From an uncultured Acidimicrobiia bacterium (GTDB lineage: Bacteria > Acidobacteriota > Terriglobia > Versatilivoradales > Versatilivoraceae): a DNA stretch of 64,000 nucleotides. The notes below the pieces were generated by a model that did not search any database, was not told where the DNA came from, and saw nothing but the letters and a program-made list of their open reading frames with translations. The position numbers and the translations under genes are program-made. Shown here piece by piece: positions 57,190 through 64,000 of this stretch (position 1 is the stretch's first letter; every line of letters begins with the position of its first letter). The stretch spans positions 512,001 through 576,000 of the forward strand of contig CAWBAT010000006.1 in NCBI GenBank assembly GCA_963786955.1, read 5' to 3'.

Positions 57190-59229
57190 TTACTTTACAG
57201 GTTCTCCGATTTGAACAAGCTGCTCCTCGGCAGGTTTCTTCAAAACCATTTCCTCGTAGATCTTGCGGACTTCTGCGGCTTCTTTCAAGGCTTTCCTGCG
57301 TTGTCGTTCTTCTTCAGCAGCCGTTTGAGGTCCGTCGCCCTTCGATCTCACTCTCGCTGCATCGACGGCGTCAATCTTTAGGCCATGTTCATACGTTTCA
57401 AGGCCCACTTTCTTTCCCTTGGCAAAGACTTCATGCTTGCCATTCTTCTTATACCAATCTGCCACGGTAGCGTTCTTGTGCATGTTCTCTATGATTTTTC
57501 TCCATCCGACGCCAGTGTTGTAGGCACAGAAGGAAATCTCACCTTCCTGGGTCGCATAAGGAATAATGCACATTTCCGTGCGCCGGAAATCGTAATTAAA
57601 CAAATCCTGGAACCACATGCCGGCAATAAAGAGGAAGTTCCAAGGATCCTCACGACGTTTCTTGATATCGTCGAAAGTCCGATCAGGGGTCGACTTTCCA
57701 TAGTCCTTGCCCGTTATCCCCCACGTCTTATCAAACTTCTTGAGGATGTCGAACAGGGAAAGGCTCTTGGGAGCCTCGAAAGGTTTGAAATTCTTAAGCA
57801 GCGCCAAAGCCATCATGAAACCAGAGAATTTCTTGTTTCTGGCGGCATCCGTAACTTTCTGGGTATCTCGAACAAGACCTGGGACATCGATAAATTGGGG
57901 AACCGCGGCCATCTCTTTCGTGTCTTTGTGAATCATGATTGCCGTCCCCACACCACAATTAGGATGACAACCGCAATTGAAGGAACCCCACTCGGAGGTG
58001 GGCCCATGAGCAAGATCAGCAAAATCGGCAAACACCGCCATCAGTGAAATCGGGAACCAGTCACGAGTAGGCTCAGTGATACCAGCCTGCTCCTTGACGT
58101 CACTTGCCATATGAGAGAGGGTGTAGCGCTGACGCAGCCGACGTTCAGGTGTGATATCTTCATCGCGTCCGGTGAAGGAAACTGGCTGGAATGCGATGAA
58201 TGCGATCTTTTTGGGATTCTCACGAGCAAATTTCACGATGGGGCCAACTTGATCATTATTGACGCCATTAACGAGCGTCGTAACCAGGACAATCTCGATC
58301 CCAGCCTCATGCATATTATTAATGGCGCGCAACTTAACGTCAAACAAATTCCCCACCTGACGATGGCCATTCGCATCATTTCCAATTCCATCGAATTGTA
58401 AGTAGGCATAACGCATACCAGCCTCGAAGGCTTGTTTGCAGAATTCCTTACTCTTGGCAAATTCAATCCCATTCGTGGCGGCCTGAACACTGTTATATCC
58501 TAGTTCTCGGGACAGGCGGACTGCTTTCAGAAAATAAGGGGACATTGTCGGTTCGCCTCCGGAAAACTGGACCGACATCTGCCGCCTGGGCTTAATCTCC
58601 AAGGCATTGCGCATGATCTCTTCGATTTCTTCCCAGCTCAGTTCATGCACATAACCAACCTGGTTGGCATCCATGAAGCAGGGATCGCACATCATGTTAC
58701 AGCGATTGGTTAAGTCAACCGTTAAGACGGATCCGCGGCCATATTTGACTGTGCTCGTTCCGTGGTTATGGAGGCGTTCATCATTGTGGGCACGGATGTC
58801 GCGGCCTGGGAAATTCTGTTCAATCCAATCCAGGAACTTCACATCCTTGGCCATTAGGTCCTCATACTTCCCATGTTTCGGGCACTCCTTCACCATCCAC
58901 ACCTGACCATTCTTTTCCAGAATGGTGGCCTTGATTTCTCCGACATTGTCATAAATCAACGTCCGGTAATCTTGCTCCCCGTTGATAATCTTTTCTCTTG
59001 CTTCCTTAATGCAATCCGGACAAAGAGAATCCGTGACACGAGGCCAGCCCAATGTCGGCTTGGATTTCTCCCATGATTTCAGCATGGGCTTGTCAGACCA
59101 TTTTGGCGTGAAAGAAGGGTTCGGTCTATATTGATTAAAGAACTGAATGGAATTAAAGACAACTCCTGCCGTAGCGCAGAGTGCTCCATCGACATACTTA
59201 AAAACGCTCGTTGCTGTCGTTCTGGGCAT
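57190..59229 (-). CDS. Radical SAM protein of the Tes / GDGT-MAS (MJ0619) tetraether lipid synthase family
   Basis: N-terminal SLCPDC...KECPKHG metal site, DLTNRCNMMCDPCF, FSGGEPT, YLQFDG, FQPVSFTGR, CGCHPNCG and C-terminal D.RR...CII...SFCAYN. Confidence 0.75.
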   Translation of the reverse strand: MPRTTATSVFKYVDGALCATAGVVFNSIQFFNQYRPNPSFTPKWSDKPMLKSWEKSKPTLGWPRVTDSLCPDCIKEAREKIINGEQDYRTLIYDNVGEIKATILEKNGQVWMVKECPKHGKYEDLMAKDVKFLDWIEQNFPGRDIRAHNDERLHNHGTSTVKYGRGSVLTVDLTNRCNMMCDPCFMDANQVGYVHELSWEEIEEIMRNALEIKPRRQMSVQFSGGEPTMSPYFLKAVRLSRELGYNSVQAATNGIEFAKSKEFCKQAFEAGMRYAYLQFDGIGNDANGHRQVGNLFDVKLRAINNMHEAGIEIVLVTTLVNGVNNDQVGPIVKFARENPKKIAFIAFQPVSFTGRDEDITPERRLRQRYTLSHMASDVKEQAGITEPTRDWFPISLMAVFADFADLAHGPTSEWGSFNCGCHPNCGVGTAIMIHKDTKEMAAVPQFIDVPGLVRDTQKVTDAARNKKFSGFMMALALLKNFKPFEAPKSLSLFDILKKFDKTWGITGKDYGKSTPDRTFDDIKKRREDPWNFLFIAGMWFQDLFNYDFRRTEMCIIPYATQEGEISFCAYNTGVGWRKIIENMHKNATVADWYKKNGKHEVFAKGKKVGLETYEHGLKIDAVDAARVRSKGDGPQTAAEEERQRRKALKEAAEVRKIYEEMVLKKPAEEQLVQIGEPVK

Positions 59230-59536
59230 AATTCAATCTCTCCTCTTTACTAAATATCGTCCGTTCGGTGGAATCCTACTAGTGGCTACCCGATTGGCTT
59301 AGGATCATGAGCAAGTCAAATGTTGTTCAAAATAAAAGACTTACATTATAATTGGCCCATCGTTCAGCAGAGCTTATCCTTGCCTCTTTTTTCAAATTAG
59401 TCACTTTATTAGGTCTTATCGGAAAAAAGAAGAATTATTCAGTGAATTGCCCCAAATGATAGTTGAACTGCCATAAGGGTTTACTTAAGAAAAACTGACT
59501 TGACTGAGCATAGAATTGAAGCCTACCATTCGCGCA

Positions 59537-60160
59537 ATGGAAAAATACTTGCCGCTTTTCCCCTTAAACGTGGTGCTGTTCCCTAAAATGTTGCTCCCTC
59601 TTCACATCTTTGAAGAGAAATACAAACAGATGATTGGGGAATGCCTCGGACAATCTCTACCTTTCGGAATTCTCTATTCGAAAGATGATGTCATTGAACC
59701 CATAGGGTGCAGCGCCTCAATTCACCAGGTCTTAAAGAACTACCCTGATGGCCGTATGGATATTGTTGCCATCGGAACTAATCGTTTTCGAGTTCTCTAT
59801 TTCAATTCTGAAAAAGCCTATTTGAGAGGAGTCATCGAGCCATTCAATGACGATGGCACGGCGCCTCGGCCGGGTAAAGAGGACCTCGATATCCTTGCGG
59901 ACCTTTACCAGCGGGCCTTCCAAATGATTCGTCGCGAGTCCGCCGAAGAGCCGTCCACATTGCCTTCGGAAGCCGATGCTTTCCATATTGCGCAAAGACT
60001 TAACTTGGACAATGATCTCAAACAGCAATTGCTCAACTTGCAATCAGAAGCGGAAAGAGTGAAGCATCTTGTCCGCTACCTTTCTGAGGTCGTCATCTTC
60101 CTTTCAAAAACTGACAAAGCATCGAATAAAGCCGGTGGTAATGGAAATCTGCGGCTGTAG
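59537..60160 (+). CDS. LON peptidase substrate-binding domain protein
   Basis: LPLFPLNVVLFP...LPLHIFEEKY..MI and DGRMDIV..G..RF. Confidence 0.85.
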   Translation: MEKYLPLFPLNVVLFPKMLLPLHIFEEKYKQMIGECLGQSLPFGILYSKDDVIEPIGCSASIHQVLKNYPDGRMDIVAIGTNRFRVLYFNSEKAYLRGVIEPFNDDGTAPRPGKEDLDILADLYQRAFQMIRRESAEEPSTLPSEADAFHIAQRLNLDNDLKQQLLNLQSEAERVKHLVRYLSEVVIFLSKTDKASNKAGGNGNLRL

Positions 60161-60209
60161 CCAGCCTCGCTGAGGCCGGTCCTGGTCCGGGGCAGCGGCC
60201 CCGGCTACA
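60156..60209 (+). repeat. REP family A copy between convergent genes
   Basis: tgtagccagcctcgctgaggccgg...ccccggctaca. Confidence 0.9.
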
Positions 60210-60366
60210 ATTCCAAGCCACAAGCTCGACACTGCTTCCGCCTTCTTGCATTGAGAGTCCCACATTGCGCACACCGATTGTACATCCTGCCGCTGAACCA
60301 CTGAGTAATCAGGGCACTTGCCCCCAGAATTCCAAGTAGTAACGCAACATTGATAAGGAACTCCAT
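60205..60366 (-). CDS. Small membrane protein with zinc ribbon (53 aa)
   Basis: TM helix followed by CAQC...CRAC; starts 2 nt after the permease stop. Confidence 0.55.
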   Translation of the reverse strand: MEFLINVALLLGILGASALITQWFSGRMYNRCAQCGTLNARRRKQCRACGLEL

Positions 60367-60368
60367 AC

Positions 60369-61580
60369 TTAAGCCGACTCCGTTTGGGGGCGGAAGAAGA
60401 GAGCAAATAAGAAAAAAACTCCCAAGGCTCCCAGCGCGGGAATGAGCCAAATTTGATGCCAGTTGTGTCCCAAGATCTCTCCTGGCCCAGCCAGAGTGCC
60501 ATTGTTCTGCACAATCTGCCCTGAGGCCCACGCTCCAATAAACATTCCAATTCCGAGTGTGACGAAGGCGATAAATCCTTGAGCGGCACCCCGGATTGCC
60601 ACGGGTGCTTTCTGGTCCACGAAGATCTGGCCCGTCACAAAGAAGAAATCATAGCAAACCCCGTGCAGGAGAATCCCGAGATAGAACATCCAGATCAGAG
60701 AACCGTTGTTCCCAAAGGAAAACAATAGATAGCGTGCCACCCAACATCCCATCCCGATGAGAATCATTTTTTTGACACCCAGCCGCTTGAAGAGATACGG
60801 CATGACCAGCAAGAAGAAGATCTCGGAAACCTGTCCTAGAGTCATCTTGCTGGCGGGTTCCGCCACTCCGCTCTCGTTTAGAAATAGATTGGTAAAGGTG
60901 TAATAAAACTGAAGGGGAATGCAAACCAGGAAAGATCCCAGTACAAAGACCGTAAAGGACCAATCTTTCATCAGACGCAGGGCTTCAAGCCCAAGAACAG
61001 CGCCCACGGTAATTCTTGAACCGCGGTGCTTGGGCGGCGTGTGAGGGAGTGCCAGACAAAAAAGGCCCAGAAAAAGTGAAGAGCCTGCGGCAATTTTCAA
61101 TGGGATGGCAGTAGATTCCAGCCCTAACCTCCCCACGATGAGACCGGCGACGATCCAACCGAGAGTCCCCAAGACCCGGACCCGGGGGAATTCCCGAGCT
61201 GGGTCGTTCATATGATGAAAGGAGAGTGAATTGGTCAACGCCAGCGTCGGCATATAGCACAACGTATAGCCCAGCAAAACGGGATAAAAACTGGAGAAGG
61301 CTTTAAGTTGCGAAGCAAAATACATCAACACGGCGCCTATCAGATGAAGGACGGCCAGTATCCTTTCGGTCGCAAAAAACCGATCTGCCACCATCCCAAC
61401 AAAGAAGGGAGAGATCATTGCAGCCAAAGCGGCAGTACCGTATGCCATTCCGATCTGGCTTCCTTCGAATCGTAAAGTTTGCCCGAGATAGGTAGCCAAG
61501 GTGACATACCATGATCCCCAAACAAAATACTGGATAAACATCATGGCGGAGAGTTTCAATCGGGGGATTGTCATAAACAC
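60369..61580 (-). CDS. Nucleoside:H+ symporter (MFS, NupG/XapB/YegT family)
   Basis: MMFIQYFVWGSW, ADRFF..ER, YMPTLAL.N, FP.VRV.GT.GW and LHGVCYDFFFV.GQI. Confidence 0.88.
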   Translation of the reverse strand: MFMTIPRLKLSAMMFIQYFVWGSWYVTLATYLGQTLRFEGSQIGMAYGTAALAAMISPFFVGMVADRFFATERILAVLHLIGAVLMYFASQLKAFSSFYPVLLGYTLCYMPTLALTNSLSFHHMNDPAREFPRVRVLGTLGWIVAGLIVGRLGLESTAIPLKIAAGSSLFLGLFCLALPHTPPKHRGSRITVGAVLGLEALRLMKDWSFTVFVLGSFLVCIPLQFYYTFTNLFLNESGVAEPASKMTLGQVSEIFFLLVMPYLFKRLGVKKMILIGMGCWVARYLLFSFGNNGSLIWMFYLGILLHGVCYDFFFVTGQIFVDQKAPVAIRGAAQGFIAFVTLGIGMFIGAWASGQIVQNNGTLAGPGEILGHNWHQIWLIPALGALGVFFLFALFFRPQTESA

Positions 61581-61665
61581 TCCTGCTATGCCTGACCTAA
61601 TTGAGGCCGGCTCTGGCTCCTATGTCCAGGGCCGCCGGCCTTAGCTGCGACATGCCAGCGCCCGC

Positions 61666-61720
61666 TGTAGCCGGCCTCGCTGAGGCCGGTCCTTGTCCGG
61701 GGCCAACGGCCCCGGCTACA
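61666..61720 (+). repeat. REP family A copy at the 3' end of the RAYT
   Basis: tgtagccggcctcgctgaggccggtccttgtccggggccaacggccccggctaca. Confidence 0.95.
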
Positions 61721-61724
61721 ATTT

Positions 61725-62201
61725 CTATAGAGTTAGTTCTTCCACCTCGCCTTGCCAAGGCCAATCCTCCGGTTTGCTAACCAGACCAACTCGAACTGGA
61801 TTGTGCCTTACATAAGCCCACTTTGCGCCATAGTTCTCATCCGAACGGAGAACGCGGTCAAAAAATTCCGCTTGCCAAACTGGATTATTAAAGTCGCATT
61901 CGCGAATGAGTCGTTTAGAGGTCCATTCCTTCCACAAGCGTAAGAAATCAGATAGAGGTTTGGCCTTGTCAGATGGACGAGCAAAGAAGTGAATATGATC
62001 CGGCATGATGACATAACGACCGACGGACCATCCATGACGCGTCAGTGCATTTGACCATTCAGCCCTGAGGATTTCAGCGGCTGAACTACAATCGAGTATA
62101 GGTCTCCGTTGGAAGGTGGCAAGTGTCAAGAAATAGATCGGGTGATCAATCCAGACCCTGTCGAGTCGTTTCAGGTGGTGTTTTCCGATCGCGTTTTTCA
62201 T
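61725..62201 (-). mobile_element. REP-associated tyrosine transposase (RAYT, IS200-like HUH)
   Basis: YFLT, YVIMPDHIH (HUH), WQ..FFDRVLR and Y..HNPVR.GL...DW.W; flanked by REPs. Confidence 0.88.
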
Positions 62202-62222
62202 TTAAAGATTCAGCTTAAAGAA

Positions 62223-62418
62223 GTAGCCGGCCTCGCTGAGGCCGGTCCTTGTCCGGGGCCAACGGCCCCGGCTACAACTTCTCAGCACTCGCTGTAGCCG
62301 GCCTCGCTGAGGCCGGTCCTTGTCCGGGGCCAACGGCCCCGGCTACAACTTCTCAGCGCTTGCTATAGCTGGCCTAAATGAGGCCGGTCCTTGGCCGGGG
62401 CCAACGGCCCCGGCTACA
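62223..62418 (+). repeat. Three tandem REP family A copies (~71-bp period)
   Basis: Units at 62223, 62293 and 62364, separated by short near-identical linkers. Confidence 0.95.
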
Positions 62419-63841
62419 GTATAGACTTGTGTAATCTATTCACTGTCCGCTCGCGTCCAAGAATCGTCATAACCTCGAAAATCCCTGGAGCTACGGCCTT
62501 CCCTGTGAGAAGGACTCGGGCAGCGTTGATCAGAAGTCCCGCTTTGACCTGTTTTTCATTAGCAAAACCTCTCAGGCAATCCTCGAGGCCCGGTAACTCA
62601 AAGGCACTCAGCTTATCCAATTGGGTTGCCAGTTCCGGCATGAGACGGACCAATGTTGGGTCTTTCAGGAACTTTTCTTTTGCCGAGGTTTCGATTTCAT
62701 AATCATCGCTCAGAAAAGGTCGGCCGTTATGAACAAAATCAGTAAGCAGCCGGGCTCTGGTTTTGAGCAAATCGATGAGGAAGAGGAACCAGGTTTTCCG
62801 CTCCGAATCATATAGAGTATCCCAAAGGCTTGCCCTTTCGAGTTCCGTTTTGACAAAAGGGAAAAGTGCTTCTGCCGAACTGGCCCGGATATACTCTCCA
62901 TTCAACCAAGACAGTTTTTCCAAATTGAAAACAGCATTGCTCTTGTTAATGCCGTCCAGCGAGAATCGCTCAATCAATTCGGAAGGACTCATCTGCTCTT
63001 GCTCAGTGCCCGGGGCCCATCCCAGAAGCGCCAGGAAGTTTCGAAAGGCTTCGGGCAGATAGCCTTGCTCCCGATAAGCGGTTACGGAAGTAGCCCCATG
63101 ACGCTTGCTGAGTCGGCTCTTATCCGGTCCTAAAATTAAGGGGACGTGAGCAAATTGTGGAAGAGGGTTTCCCAGAGCCTGGTAGAGCAGAACTTGCTTA
63201 GGGGTATTGGAAATGTGATCCGCCCCCCGGATAACATGAGAGATCCGCATGTCAATATCGTCAACGACCACGCTCAAGTGATAAGTCGGCATCCCGTCGG
63301 AGCGCAGCAAGACGAAATCTTCGATGCTCCCGATCGGGTGCTCGATGCGGCCAAACACTTGGTCCAGAAAATCAATCTTTTCTGCGGAGGCTACTTTGAA
63401 GCGCACGACGCCGGAAATACCCGCAATCTCTTTGGCTCGGATTTCCTGTTCTGAGAGCTCCCGGCAGGTCCCCTCATATTTCCAGGCCTGTTTCGCCTGG
63501 GTGGCCGCTTCCCGCCTGGCTGCGAGAGACTCTACCGAACAAAAACAGCGATACGCCTTCTTCCTGTCCAAAAGCAACTGGGCGGCAGACCGGTATTGGT
63601 CAAGACGCTGCGATTGAAAGTAAGGCCCTTCATCCCAGCTGAGCCCGAGCCAGCGTAATCCCTCGAGAATTCCATCCACCATTTCCGAGGAAGATCGCTC
63701 CACATCCGTATCCTCGATGCGTAAGATGAATTTCCCGTGCTCATGTTTCGCAAAGAGCCAGTTAAATAGCGCTGTCCTGGCGCCCCCTACGTGGAGAAAA
63801 CCCGTGGGCGAAGGTGCGAAACGAACCCGAACATCAGACAA
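62414..63841 (-). CDS. gltX: Glutamate--tRNA ligase
   Basis: RFAPSPTGFLHVGG (HIGH), RIEDTD, HVIRG.DH and LSKRHG (KMSKS). Confidence 0.97.
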   Translation of the reverse strand: MSDVRVRFAPSPTGFLHVGGARTALFNWLFAKHEHGKFILRIEDTDVERSSSEMVDGILEGLRWLGLSWDEGPYFQSQRLDQYRSAAQLLLDRKKAYRCFCSVESLAARREAATQAKQAWKYEGTCRELSEQEIRAKEIAGISGVVRFKVASAEKIDFLDQVFGRIEHPIGSIEDFVLLRSDGMPTYHLSVVVDDIDMRISHVIRGADHISNTPKQVLLYQALGNPLPQFAHVPLILGPDKSRLSKRHGATSVTAYREQGYLPEAFRNFLALLGWAPGTEQEQMSPSELIERFSLDGINKSNAVFNLEKLSWLNGEYIRASSAEALFPFVKTELERASLWDTLYDSERKTWFLFLIDLLKTRARLLTDFVHNGRPFLSDDYEIETSAKEKFLKDPTLVRLMPELATQLDKLSAFELPGLEDCLRGFANEKQVKAGLLINAARVLLTGKAVAPGIFEVMTILGRERTVNRLHKSIL

Positions 63842-64000
63842 TTATGAAACCTCCTCAAGAACAGAGAAAAGCAGGGAAACGGCAGGCAACGGGAAACTTA
63901 GCAATAAAAGAACGTAAATCGACTGAATGGGAAAAGAGGCAGAGCCAGAATAGATGGGAAGTTTACCGACATTCACGCTCTTCTTGAGTCAGGCGCTTCA

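Noticed and set aside
62223-62418. Possible CRISPR array
   Set aside because: Units are 55-bp palindromes with short near-identical linkers, no unique spacers and no cas genes; the adjacent RAYT explains them as REPs.

Overview
Bacterial chromosomal window, most likely Acidobacteriota (inferred from the gene repertoire). Many genes are broken by single-base indels, including genes usually intact such as pcrA, msrA and moaA. This pattern suggests long-read consensus errors rather than true pseudogenes, so split ORFs were stitched by eye and boundaries are approximate. Housekeeping and metabolic genes (pcrA, amino-acid permease, enoyl-CoA hydratase, acyl-CoA dehydrogenase, M16 protease, ipdC-like decarboxylase, msrA, moaA, an A-type Fe-S carrier, gltX) surround several accessory loci. 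(1) A co-oriented ~13 kb protease-signalling cluster at 32.9-45.8 kb: a ~965-aa unknown protein, a clostripain-like C11 protease with an LSKGPG repeat, a TPR-CHAT protease, a Ser/Thr kinase, an ECF sigma factor and a membrane anti-sigma-like protein. Its first two genes share a conserved ~90-bp upstream element. (2) A Tes/GDGT-MAS-like radical SAM gene, a candidate for tetraether lipid synthesis. (3) A CCAEP-tail radical SAM gene with an ATP-grasp partner. (4) A RAYT transposase with its GTAG-type REP family scattered through the window, plus at least two other palindromic repeat families. No rRNA, tRNA or CRISPR array was recognised.
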